The notes beneath the pieces were generated by a model. The model saw only the letters and a list, made by a program, of their open reading frames with translations, was not told where the DNA came from and searched no databases. Positions 18,027-26,419 of a DNA stretch of 55,384 nucleotides are shown piece by piece (position 1 is the first letter of the stretch; every line of letters begins with the position of its first letter). The DNA is taken from assembly GCA_041304605.1 (NCBI GenBank), contig JBFYNB010000002.1:1-55384 (forward strand). The letters run 5' to 3'. The position numbers and the translations under genes are program-made. The stretch comes from Methanomassiliicoccales archaeon (GTDB lineage: Archaea; Thermoplasmatota; Thermoplasmata; Methanomassiliicoccales; UBA472).

Positions 18027-18491
18027 ATGGCCGAACTACACCCGTCGAAAGTGCATGTCCGATACCTCAACGATGACGGTCCTTCCGATTTTTCACTGCC
18101 GCGGCGTTACACCCTTACCCATTCGGACCGCACCGGGGACAGGTTCCTGACCATAGGCAGGGACTTTGACCTAGAGCAGATCTCGGGCGGTTATACGCGT
18201 TTCATGCGGGATGAGGTCATGGCGGAATGGCTGGACGATTCGGGGCCGAGATTGAACGTTTACTTCCATGTCAGCGGAGGACTGGTCTTCGGCCATGCTG
18301 GCCTCCGTTGCCGGATATTCCGGTCGTGTCAGCGGTCCGTTCTGCAGGCCCTTCGTCACGGGGACGAGGGACTGTACAGGACGAGGCCTGAGCTGGACGA
18401 GCGGCCGGCTCTGGTCCATTACCGTTCCAACAAGGCTCGCTACAATTTTGTCGAGGAGAGCGGGCCTCTGAAAGAGTACCGTCTGATATGA
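18027..18491 (+). CDS. Staygreen (SGR, Mg-dechelatase family) homologue
   Basis: LPRRYTLTHSD, RDEVMAEW, NVYFHVSGG, LRHGDEGL and RPELDE..LVHYRSN align with plant SGR motifs as I recall them (LPRTYTLTHSD, RDEVVAEW, HVHCHISGG, FVHGDGNL, YPELQEALVWVYFHSN). The ATG at 18027 is preferred over the TTG at 18000. Confidence 0.75.
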   Translation: MAELHPSKVHVRYLNDDGPSDFSLPRRYTLTHSDRTGDRFLTIGRDFDLEQISGGYTRFMRDEVMAEWLDDSGPRLNVYFHVSGGLVFGHAGLRCRIFRSCQRSVLQALRHGDEGLYRTRPELDERPALVHYRSNKARYNFVEESGPLKEYRLI

Positions 18492-18517
18492 TGCCCCTAG
18501 GATTACTTGGTCATGAC

Positions 18518-18802
18518 CTACCCAAGGGACCTGATGAACTCATCGACGGGTATCGTGGCCATGGTAACGGTCTCCATGGTCCCTCTGGACGCCAGGGATA
18601 CCATGACCCTGCTCACCGTCTCCAGGTCCGGAGCCTCGAGGATGCTTATGAAATCGTACTTCCCCAGCAGGGCGTACTGATCCAGCACCTTAGCCCCCAT
18701 CCTGGTGATCTCGTTGTTCACCTCTTTCAGCCTTTCCGGCCTGCTCTTCAAGGTCTTCCAACCCTCCTGGGTCAGCTTGGATAACACGATGTATATGCCC
18801 AT
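18518..18802 (-). CDS. GYD-domain protein
   Basis: 94 aa with the family pattern ..LSKLTQEG......PERLKEVNNEI..MGAKVLDQYALLGKYDFISILEAPD.. Confidence 0.75.
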   Translation of the reverse strand: MGIYIVLSKLTQEGWKTLKSRPERLKEVNNEITRMGAKVLDQYALLGKYDFISILEAPDLETVSRVMVSLASRGTMETVTMATIPVDEFIRSLG

Positions 18803-18854
18803 GGTTGCCCCCGTTCATATCTTGACCTTGTCAGGAAATATAACTTTGCCTCGG

Positions 18855-20120
18855 TCAGAGAGAGGGTTCCTCGTGCACCTTGACATTCCGGAAGTTGAAC
18901 CAGAAGGCGGTTACCGCCCCTAGGTATATCAGGGCGGCCAGAACGAACGGCAGGGCGAAATAACCGGCGGCCAGCATGGCCCCTCCGATCACGGTGGTGA
19001 CGCTGTTCGGGACCCTCCACACTATGGAGTTTATGGCGCTCGCCAGTCCACGGTCCTCCTTGTCCACTATGCCCATGAGGTAGGAGTCCATGATGGGCCC
19101 GGCCATGTTCATCATGGCCGAACGGATGAGGTACACCGCACCGGCCCAGATGGCCCCGGGCATGAAGGGTATGGCCAGCATGAATATGGTGGAGAAGCCC
19201 TGGGTCATCACGATGGCCGGGACCTGCCCGTAGCGATGGGCCAGGCGGGGGCTGAATATGGCCGCCACGCCGATGGAGAGGGAGGATAGAGCGAGCAACG
19301 GCCCGGAATAGGAGTCCGGGATGCCATATCGAAGGAAGAACCAGGTGGGTATCAGAGGAATGATCAACCCGGCCCCCAGACCTATGAGCGTGTTGTTCAC
19401 CGAGAAGCGTAGCAGGGTCTTCTTGCTCCTCTCCTTGAGAAAGGTCCCCCGGCGCAGTCTGGCCGAGGGCGCGGTGTCGTGATAATCCCTGAGCAGACGG
19501 TGAACTGTCACCGGCGATATCAGCGTGACGAAGCCCAGGAGCACGAAGGCCCAGGAGTGCATCTGCTCCGACGTCCATCCGCCGACGTCCATGAGGAAGG
19601 GGAAGGAAAAGGGAAGTGCGAACCCCAGTCCTACCAGCGCACCGTTGACTATGAAGGACATGGAGAAGGCCATCTCCCGGTTGTCCACCGTGGTCTGGTC
19701 GGCGATCATGGCGTTCCACGTGGAGAGGATCGCGCCTTCGGCCACCCCGGAGATGATGGCCGCCGCCAGGTAAAGCCGGGGGTCCACGGAGAAGGAGCAG
19801 ATGAACATGGAGAACGGCAGGAGCGCAAGCCCGGCCAGCAAGAGCCTCTTCCTCCCTAGCCGATCGGACATCAGCCCGAACGGGATGGCGCTGATGATCA
19901 TCGCCAATCCCGAAAGGCCAATGATCAGGCCGACCTGCCCCGAATCCACGCCCTGCTCCGGAAGGTAGGCGGCGATGACGGTGGTCAGGTAACCATAGCC
20001 GATGGAGCTGAAGGAGGTCAGCAGGATCAGCCATTTGACCTGGGAGGGGACCTTGACCCCTTTCTTCCCGCTGAACTTGGAACCTGCGCTCATCCTCTCA
20101 CCTCCCACTTCCCCTGACAT
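18855..20120 (-). CDS. MFS transporter
   Basis: 421 aa with 12 predicted TM helices and the MFS loop motif SDRLGRKRLLL between TM2 and TM3. The alternative start is the ATG at 20093. Confidence 0.8.
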   Translation of the reverse strand: MSGEVGGERMSAGSKFSGKKGVKVPSQVKWLILLTSFSSIGYGYLTTVIAAYLPEQGVDSGQVGLIIGLSGLAMIISAIPFGLMSDRLGRKRLLLAGLALLPFSMFICSFSVDPRLYLAAAIISGVAEGAILSTWNAMIADQTTVDNREMAFSMSFIVNGALVGLGFALPFSFPFLMDVGGWTSEQMHSWAFVLLGFVTLISPVTVHRLLRDYHDTAPSARLRRGTFLKERSKKTLLRFSVNNTLIGLGAGLIIPLIPTWFFLRYGIPDSYSGPLLALSSLSIGVAAIFSPRLAHRYGQVPAIVMTQGFSTIFMLAIPFMPGAIWAGAVYLIRSAMMNMAGPIMDSYLMGIVDKEDRGLASAINSIVWRVPNSVTTVIGGAMLAAGYFALPFVLAALIYLGAVTAFWFNFRNVKVHEEPSL

Positions 20121-20148
20121 ACGTTAGGGCCTGAACGCCGAATTAGGT

Positions 20149-20160
20149 TCTGATATCAGA
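20149..20160. promoter_or_regulatory. Perfect 12-bp palindrome TCTGATATCAGA in a divergent promoter region
   Basis: Lies between the MFS gene (minus) and the hemerythrin-rubredoxin gene (plus). Its half-site TTCTGA/TCAGA is the same as in the inverted repeat upstream of the hgc operon at 31855-31870. Confidence 0.35.
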
Positions 20161-20224
20161 TACTTGCGGTCTTCTTTTCACGACATATTATTATCTCAGC
20201 GTTGCGTATTTTCGCCGAACGAAC

Positions 20225-20944
20225 ATGCTACCCATCGCCCCCCTGATGATAGAACACCGCTTGATCGAGAGCATGGCCGCCGTCATGAAGGACCATGCGG
20301 AGAGGCTGCACACCGGGCAGGAACTGGACCCGCGCTTCATCCCTGAGGTCGTGGATTTCATGCGGACCTACGCGGACCGCACCCATCACGGCAAGGAAGA
20401 GGACATACTTTTCAAGGTCCTGAAGGGCAAGGGACTGAGCGAGGAGCACCGGCGGGTCCTGGAGAAGCTGGAGATGGACCACGTCAAGGCCCGGGATATG
20501 GTCGGCAAGCTCTCCGCCCTGGGCGAGGAGCACTTGAAGGGAAGTCCCAGCGCGGCCTACCAGGCGTCGATGCTCATGAAGGACCTGGTGGCGCTCTACC
20601 ATGCCCACATCGAGCTGGAGGACCAGGGCTTCTTCGTGCCGGTGATGGAATATCTATCGAACGAGGAACGCCGGGCGATGCTCGAGGAGTTCAGGGACTT
20701 CGATTCCCGGATGGTGCACGAGCGCTATGCCAAGACCGTGCAGCGGTTGGGAGGAACTAAGGAAGTGCACCTGGCCCGAGAGGAGGGAGACCGCTGGCGG
20801 TGCCGGGTGTGCGGATATATCTACGATCCCAAGGAGGGCGACCGGGAGAACGGAGTGCCGGCCGGGACGGCGTTCGCGGACGTGCCCGATGACTGGGTGT
20901 GCCCAGTGTGCGGGGCAGGGAAGGACGCTTTCGAGCACCTCTGA
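20225..20944 (+). CDS. Hemerythrin-like domain fused to C-terminal rubredoxin
   Basis: HHE-type ligand pattern ([26 protein letters not shown]) plus the rubredoxin knuckles [10 protein letters not shown] ... [13 protein letters not shown]. Confidence 0.85.
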   Translation: MLPIAPLMIEHRLIESMAAVMKDHAERLHTGQELDPRFIPEVVDFMRTYADRTHHGKEEDILFKVLKGKGLSEEHRRVLEKLEMDHVKARDMVGKLSALGEEHLKGSPSAAYQASMLMKDLVALYHAHIELEDQGFFVPVMEYLSNEERRAMLEEFRDFDSRMVHERYAKTVQRLGGTKEVHLAREEGDRWRCRVCGYIYDPKEGDRENGVPAGTAFADVPDDWVCPVCGAGKDAFEHL

Positions 20945-20983
20945 GGGAAACGATTATCTTCAACGGCCTTCCATCATAAATGC

Positions 20984-21712
20984 ATGAGCGATGAGCCGGG
21001 ACGCGTTTTTCAGATGGAGACCAAGCATCGCCGGGACCGCTTGGTCGGCCGCTACATGGACTGGGAGCGGAAGCCGGATACCTACAAGGAGTACCCGGAC
21101 CGGCCGAGGATCCCACTTCCGGAGCCGAATCGCCCGGCGGTATCGTTGGACGATGTGCTGAGGAACCGACGAAGCGTGCGCCGTTTTTCCGAATCTCCCG
21201 TGTCTCTAGAGGACCTGTCCTACCTGCTCTGGGCCAACGACGGCATCACCAGAAGGGAGAAGGGATACGAGTTCCGCACCGCTCCCTCCGCCGGAGCGCT
21301 GTACCCGGTGGAGACCTATGTCGCCGTGAACGATGTGATGGGGGTGGCACCAGGCGTCTATCATTACTCGGTCAAGCACCACGCGCTGGAGCTGATCAGG
21401 AAAGGCCATCTGGGAGAGGAGGTGGCCCGCGCCGCCCTGGACCAGGGCATGTGCGCCTCGGCTCCAGTAGTGCTTATGTGGACGGCGATGTTCGAACGCA
21501 GCCGCTGGAAGTATGGGGAAAGGGCCTACCGCTACGTATACCTGGACGCCGGACACATGGCTCAGAACCTGGCCCTGGCCGCGGTATCGCTGGGCCTGGG
21601 AACCTGCCAGATCGCCGCTACCTACGATGATGAGGTCAACGAACTGCTGGGCGTGGACGGAGAGGAGGAGAGCGTGCTTTACATGACCGTGGTGGGGCGC
21701 CCGAAAGAGTAG
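20984..21712 (+). CDS. SagB-type dehydrogenase / nitroreductase-family protein
   Basis: YKEYPD..LP.P, RRSVRRF, RTAPSAGALYPVETYV and GVYHY..H.L are typical of the SagB-type nitroreductase subfamily. Confidence 0.8.
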   Translation: MSDEPGRVFQMETKHRRDRLVGRYMDWERKPDTYKEYPDRPRIPLPEPNRPAVSLDDVLRNRRSVRRFSESPVSLEDLSYLLWANDGITRREKGYEFRTAPSAGALYPVETYVAVNDVMGVAPGVYHYSVKHHALELIRKGHLGEEVARAALDQGMCASAPVVLMWTAMFERSRWKYGERAYRYVYLDAGHMAQNLALAAVSLGLGTCQIAATYDDEVNELLGVDGEEESVLYMTVVGRPKE

Positions 21713-21749
21713 CGCAAACGCTTAATCGTCCTCCTCCATTCATATCCCG

Positions 21750-23192
21750 ATGCTCTGCCCCAACTGCGGAAACCATCCCTCGCCTGAAGACAAGTTCTGC
21801 ATGGAATGCGGCTCACCCAAGGCCGTCTTCGTTGACGATAGAGTTCCCCCTGCCCAGGCACCCAGCCCGCCGCAGCCGGAACCTCCCAAGGATGTCCCGC
21901 AACCGCCCGTGACGGTAACGCCCACGCCTATGGAGCCTTCAGGGCAGCAACCTCCGCAGGAGCCTCCGGTCTCTCAACCTCAGCCGCAGTATGCACCGCA
22001 ACAGGCACCACCATTCGCTCCACCGGAGAAGAGGTCGATGGACCAGCCGCCGCAGCCACAGGGGCCTCCCGTTTACGCCCAGCAACCGCAGTACCAGCCG
22101 CCAAATCAGCAACCTTATCAACAGCCCTATCAGCCGACGCGGCCGGTGGCACCTCCTCAATACCAGCAACCGTATCCTCCGCAGGCGCAACCGCTCCCGC
22201 AGATGATCCCCTACCAGAGATCCAGCAACGAGATGACCCCCTCGGGCAACAACCAGATCGGACAGTACCAGGCCTACGTGCCGCCCAAGGCCCCCAAGGC
22301 CGATATCCAACTTCCCCCTGCCCCCGTTCCTCCGGTTCAGGCACCTCCGATGCCGGCCCCGCAGCCTTATGCACCTCCGCAACCTCAGCAGGCGCCACCG
22401 GTCCCGCAACCGCAGCCGGTACAGCAGCCATACCAGCCTGCGCCTCCAGCGGCAGCTCCGACGCAACCCCAGCCCGGTCCCTGGGCCAGTCAGCAGCCCC
22501 CGGCGCAGCCGCCCGCACAACCATATCGACCTGCCCAGCAGCAGCCGGTGCCCCCCACCTACCGACCCTATCCGCCGGCCGTTCAGCAGTCATCGAGCGC
22601 GCCCCCGTACCAGGCGCCTCAGCCGCAGTACCATCAGCCGTATCAACAGCCCAATGTGCAGCCGCAGCCTGTGCAGCAGCCTTATCAGCCTTATTCACAG
22701 CCGCAACCGCCGCAGGCGCCACCGCAACCCTACGGGCCGCAGCCGATGGGAGCGTCGCCGGGCGTCGTTATGCTCATGCCCCAGGTCGCCTCGGCCGCCA
22801 TGCTGCGTCCGAACGAACGGGCGGTGCAGGCCTGGAGGGCGGGGTTGGAGCAGGACATTTACGATCCGGAGGAGGGCGAGCACGGCACCTTCAACATCAG
22901 CGGGGTGCTCATCGCCACCGATCAGCGCCTGATATTCGTGCAGGAGAAGGGAGTGTTTGGAAAGAGCTACAGGCCCCTGGAAAGCGTGGAGTACCGGGAG
23001 ATAGTCAACTGGAAGCTTGGACAGACCATGCGCACTAGGTCGCTGCAGGTCGACGTGGCCCAGGGACGTAACAGGCGCAAGGTGTTCAACAACATCAACG
23101 AGGTGGACCCCGCGACCCTGAACGTTCTGACGCCCTGGACCCTGGACCAGGTAAAAGATCTGCTGGGAAGGCTGAAGAGCGCCGCTCCCTGA
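21750..23192 (+). CDS. Zinc-ribbon protein with about 300-aa Pro/Gln-rich low-complexity region and C-terminal PH-like (bPH/YokE-like) domain
   Basis: The N-terminal CPNCG..(12)..CMECG zinc ribbon is followed by residues about 30-335 made almost only of P, Q, A, Y and V. These include reiterated PQPQPVQQPYQP units. The C-terminal 140 aa (..GVLIATDQRLIFVQEKG.....ESVEYREI..) resemble bacterial PH domains (tentative). Confidence 0.65.
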   Translation: MLCPNCGNHPSPEDKFCMECGSPKAVFVDDRVPPAQAPSPPQPEPPKDVPQPPVTVTPTPMEPSGQQPPQEPPVSQPQPQYAPQQAPPFAPPEKRSMDQPPQPQGPPVYAQQPQYQPPNQQPYQQPYQPTRPVAPPQYQQPYPPQAQPLPQMIPYQRSSNEMTPSGNNQIGQYQAYVPPKAPKADIQLPPAPVPPVQAPPMPAPQPYAPPQPQQAPPVPQPQPVQQPYQPAPPAAAPTQPQPGPWASQQPPAQPPAQPYRPAQQQPVPPTYRPYPPAVQQSSSAPPYQAPQPQYHQPYQQPNVQPQPVQQPYQPYSQPQPPQAPPQPYGPQPMGASPGVVMLMPQVASAAMLRPNERAVQAWRAGLEQDIYDPEEGEHGTFNISGVLIATDQRLIFVQEKGVFGKSYRPLESVEYREIVNWKLGQTMRTRSLQVDVAQGRNRRKVFNNINEVDPATLNVLTPWTLDQVKDLLGRLKSAAP

Positions 23193-23198
23193 TCCTGG

Positions 23199-24029
23199 TC
23201 AGGGATCTATGTCCTTCAGCAAGCGCTTCCTGACCTCGGCGTGCTTGGCCAGGGTCCTTTCCATGACCATATCGAAGACCGCCGGCAGTTCGGCCTCCAG
23301 CACCTGCAGCCCCTGCTCGGTTATGCCCCCTTTGGTCGCCACCTTCTCCTTCAACGATGCCGCCGACTCTCCCGACGCTAACGCCAGAGCAGCCCCCTGC
23401 ATCGTCTCCAGGACCATCTCCCAGGCGTCCTTCCTATCGATCCCGTGGCGTACGCCCGCTTCAGCGAACTGATGCATCATCTCGGCGATCAGGGCGGGTC
23501 CGCAGCTGGTGAGGTCCGTGGCCACGTCCATGCGGTCCTCTGGCACGACCATGACCCTCGAGGCCCGAGCGAGCGATTTCTCCAACGAGCCTGATCGCGA
23601 CCTCGATACGGACGGGCCGTGAGAGATCAGCGAAACGCCGCGACCGCGCTCCATGGTCACCGAGGGGATCAGCTTGCTCACCGGACCCTTGCACACGTCT
23701 TCCAGGCGGGAAAGAGGCAACGCCCCGTTGACCACCACGACGTGGACCTCGTTCTCTGCGGACGAGATCTCCTTCAGAACGCCCAACAGCTGGTCAGTGC
23801 GGACGGTCACGAAGAGCGTGTCGCACCTCTCGGCGACCTCCAGATTGCTCTCGGCCACGGTAACGCCAGGGAAGCGCCTGGCTAACGATTCGGCCTTGCC
23901 CAGGCTGCGGTTGGCGACCAGTGCGCTTTCCGGAGAGATCGCTCCGCTCTCCAGCAGTCCCGCGGCGAGCGACGAGCCCATGTTCCCCAGGCCTATGAAA
24001 CCTATTTTCAAATCAAGACCGTCCGGCAC
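23199..24029 (-). CDS. proC: Pyrroline-5-carboxylate reductase
   Basis: Rossmann motif IGFIGLGNMG, ..SCGPALIAE.. and KVATKGGITEQG motifs. Confidence 0.85.
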   Translation of the reverse strand: MPDGLDLKIGFIGLGNMGSSLAAGLLESGAISPESALVANRSLGKAESLARRFPGVTVAESNLEVAERCDTLFVTVRTDQLLGVLKEISSAENEVHVVVVNGALPLSRLEDVCKGPVSKLIPSVTMERGRGVSLISHGPSVSRSRSGSLEKSLARASRVMVVPEDRMDVATDLTSCGPALIAEMMHQFAEAGVRHGIDRKDAWEMVLETMQGAALALASGESAASLKEKVATKGGITEQGLQVLEAELPAVFDMVMERTLAKHAEVRKRLLKDIDP

Positions 24030-24065
24030 CGGTGAGGCGCCGCGGCGATAAAAGAATAACGATGC

Positions 24066-24614
24066 CTAGAGGCCTAGCTCGTCCGCCCGCAGCTTCATTC
24101 CCTCTAGCGCCACCGACAGGAACTCGTCCCTAGGTATCCCCAGCTGCTCGCAGACCATTATCCTGTCCCGGTCCACGCCGCGGGCGAAATCCTTGTTGCC
24201 GAACTTCTTGGCGATGGAGCTGACCTTGACGTCGACCAGCTTCTTTGACGGAAGGACCAGGGCGCAGGCGATTACGAGACCGGAGACGGCGTCCGCGGCC
24301 AACAGGGCCCTCTTGAACTGGTTGTCCACCGGGACCCCGGTCGCTTCATGATTGTGAGCGAGTATCGCCTGGACCATCTCGTCGGGCACCATGCCCTGCA
24401 GAAGGTCCCTGGTGATCAGGGCGTGGTCCTGCATGCCGTGGCACTCCTCGAAGTCCAGGTCGTGCAGGATGCCGGTGACCTCCCATTGCTCCGGGTCCTG
24501 GCCTAAGCGCAAGGCGGCCTGCCTCATCACCGCACCGACGGCCACCATGTGCTTGATGTTGCTCTCCTTGCACACGTGACCTTTGACCAGCTCCAGCGCC
24601 TCTGCTCTATTCAT
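24066..24614 (-). CDS. HD-domain phosphohydrolase
   Basis: 182 aa with H..(VAVG) ... GILHDLD ... the HD signature. Confidence 0.75.
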   Translation of the reverse strand: MNRAEALELVKGHVCKESNIKHMVAVGAVMRQAALRLGQDPEQWEVTGILHDLDFEECHGMQDHALITRDLLQGMVPDEMVQAILAHNHEATGVPVDNQFKRALLAADAVSGLVIACALVLPSKKLVDVKVSSIAKKFGNKDFARGVDRDRIMVCEQLGIPRDEFLSVALEGMKLRADELGL

Positions 24615-24653
24615 TTCGCCCTCACCTTGAATGGACCGACCCGGATCGCCAGT

Positions 24654-25067
24654 TCAGACTATCAGTTTTCCGGCGGAGGGACCCCACATGGCGTCATAGA
24701 CCGCCTCCACCTTGACCACCACCGCGGCCTTGGCCGGAAGCTTGGGGTTCACCCCGTGCACCCATTTGCGCATCTCGTCGAACATTGGACCGGCCTTGTG
24801 AATCTTGGCGGAACCCTTGATCTGGTAGGACTTCTTGGTATCGGTATCGTAGCACAGAACCGATATGCGCGGGTTCTCGGAGAGATTGGCGGCGGTCTTC
24901 AGGAAGAAGTTGTCGGCCAGTAACAGGGTCTCGTCGTCCAGGACCTTCATCAGCCCGATGAAGACCACGTTAGGCGTCCCGTCCTTGGTGGCGGTGGCGA
25001 TCGGAATGGGCTTTTGCTTGAGCAGCGCTTCCTTGACCTCGGTCGGCATCTTGACCATTTTTATCAC
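24654..25067 (-). CDS. Pyridoxamine 5'-phosphate oxidase-like FMN-binding protein
   Basis: 137 aa with a split-barrel family pattern (..IATATKDGTPNVVFIG......LLLADNFF.KT..NL..NPRISV). The track start is the GTG at 25067; ATG alternatives lie 3 and 6 codons downstream. Confidence 0.7.
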   Translation of the reverse strand: MIKMVKMPTEVKEALLKQKPIPIATATKDGTPNVVFIGLMKVLDDETLLLADNFFLKTAANLSENPRISVLCYDTDTKKSYQIKGSAKIHKAGPMFDEMRKWVHGVNPKLPAKAAVVVKVEAVYDAMWGPSAGKLIV

Positions 25068-25075
25068 CGTGATAA
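25061..25075. promoter_or_regulatory. Perfect 15-bp palindrome TTATCACCGTGATAA
   Basis: 7-bp arms around a central C. It overlaps the putative GTG start of the PNPOx-like gene, at the edge of the divergent intergenic region shared with the DUF2148 gene. Confidence 0.3.
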
Positions 25076-25174
25076 GAACTATTTACTTGCCTAATAAAGT
25101 TAAGCACCGCCCATTCGTCTAACGAAGAAGGGCGGAGTGAAAGGGTCATATGAACGGCCAACAATCACTGCTGC

Positions 25175-25705
25175 ATGAGCAACAAGGAGGCCGTGATCAT
25201 GGTGGGCCGTCTGATGGAGCTGGCGGCCCGGACCGCGCCCAAGGCCATGGGCAAGGATTTCATCGAGACAGCGCTGCTCACGGACGAGCAGAGGGTGAAG
25301 CTTGGCGAGGACCTCATCGCGGTCGGTAAGGAGAGAGGGATCCCCGGTTACCAGAGGGACGGGCAGAACGTTCTGGACTCTGACGCCGTCGTCCTTATCG
25401 GATTGTTGCCGCACCTCGGCGTGGGGCTGGATTGCGGCGCCTGCGGCGTCTCGGGATGCGCGGAGTTCAACCTGCTGTCGGCAAGCAAGGACTTTCAGGG
25501 ACCGAACTGCGCCCTACGGCTATTAGACATGGGCATAGCTCTAGGTTCCGCGGCGAAGGTCGCGTCCGACCACAACGTGGACAACCGCATTATGTACCGT
25601 ATAGGCGTGTCGGCGATACGCCTCGGCTACTCCCGTTCCAACATCTGCCACGGCATACCGTTGTCGGCCACCGGCAAGAACATCTTCTTCGACCGGGGGA
25701 AGTGA
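25175..25705 (+). CDS. DUF2148 ferredoxin-domain protein
   Basis: 176 aa with the Cys motif DCGACGVSGCAEF ... GPNCA and overall similarity to the DUF2148 family. Confidence 0.65.
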   Translation: MSNKEAVIMVGRLMELAARTAPKAMGKDFIETALLTDEQRVKLGEDLIAVGKERGIPGYQRDGQNVLDSDAVVLIGLLPHLGVGLDCGACGVSGCAEFNLLSASKDFQGPNCALRLLDMGIALGSAAKVASDHNVDNRIMYRIGVSAIRLGYSRSNICHGIPLSATGKNIFFDRGK

Positions 25706-26272
25706 TCACTTCGGCCGGAAGTCCTTTCCGACCTTGAAGGCCTCGGCCACGGTCCTGCCTTTGGTGAAGTAGAGCGCTCCGGAGCTGAGGTACATCAGCA
25801 GCTGTAACTTGTCCACGTCCGGAACCCCGTTGGTCAGCCCGCTCTCGTCCACGTACACCTCCTCCACCTCTCCGATGACAATGTCGGTACCTTCCCGCTC
25901 GATGATCTCGTCCAGAGTTAGCTCGACGTTCACCGGGCACTCCCTGGCCATGGGCGCGGTGAGCGTCTTCCCGAAGAACACGTCGAACACGCCGGACTTG
26001 TCCTGCTTATGACCGGACACCAGCCCGCAATGGTCAGCTGCGGCCACCTGGTCCGCCCCAGGCAGGTTGATGCTGAAGGTCTTGTTCTCCAGGATGCCGT
26101 CCTTGGTGCGGCGGTCCTTGCCCATCACCACCGCCATACTCGGCGGCTCGTCGTCGATCATGGTGGCCCAGGCGACCGTGCAGAAGTTGACCTTGCCCTG
26201 AACCTTCGCTCCCACGACCACCACCGGCAATCCCATCATGGGCAGCGTCCTGCCCAGCGTCCTCTTTGACAT
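25706..26272 (-). CDS. Flavin reductase-like (FMN-binding split barrel) protein
   Basis: 188 aa with ..PVVVVGAKV.GKVNFCTVAWATMI...PP...V.......T...I..NK.FSINL.. typical of the flavin reductase family. Confidence 0.75.
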   Translation of the reverse strand: MSKRTLGRTLPMMGLPVVVVGAKVQGKVNFCTVAWATMIDDEPPSMAVVMGKDRRTKDGILENKTFSINLPGADQVAAADHCGLVSGHKQDKSGVFDVFFGKTLTAPMARECPVNVELTLDEIIEREGTDIVIGEVEEVYVDESGLTNGVPDVDKLQLLMYLSSGALYFTKGRTVAEAFKVGKDFRPK

Positions 26273-26365
26273 TTAGATCACCTGGACATCGCGTTTTAGG
26301 GATATCAAAAGTGTTGCGTCCGTTCTCGTTCCCGGTTCGGACTGCATAACACATAAATACTTCCA

Positions 26366-26385
26366 TGCTATGACATGACATAGCA
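26366..26385. promoter_or_regulatory. Inverted repeat TGCTATG-N6-CATAGCA downstream of a TATA-like ACATAAATAC
   Basis: Lies in the divergent intergenic region between the flavin reductase gene (minus, start 26272) and the gene at 26420 (plus). Confidence 0.25.
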
Positions 26386-26419
26386 CGGTAACAGTGCTTA
26401 AGAACAAGGAGGAAAGGAA

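Noticed and set aside
18772-20034. 420-aa ORF in an alternative frame of the MFS transporter gene.
   Set aside because: It lies on the same strand but out of frame. Its translation is R/G/P/H-rich, whereas frame 18855-20120 gives a clean 12-TM MFS protein.
20984-21712. SagB-type dehydrogenase as a marker of a thiazole/oxazole-modified peptide (TOMM/RiPP) cluster.
   Set aside because: There is no YcaO/cyclodehydratase, docking protein, precursor peptide or transporter partner within the window. Standalone SagB-type nitroreductases are common.
21928-22722. Two long minus-strand ORFs (264 and 193 aa) and a plus-strand alternative-frame ORF (22369-22932) inside the P/Q-rich gene.
   Set aside because: They are a by-product of the CAG/CCG-rich low-complexity DNA, with no independent start context or motifs.
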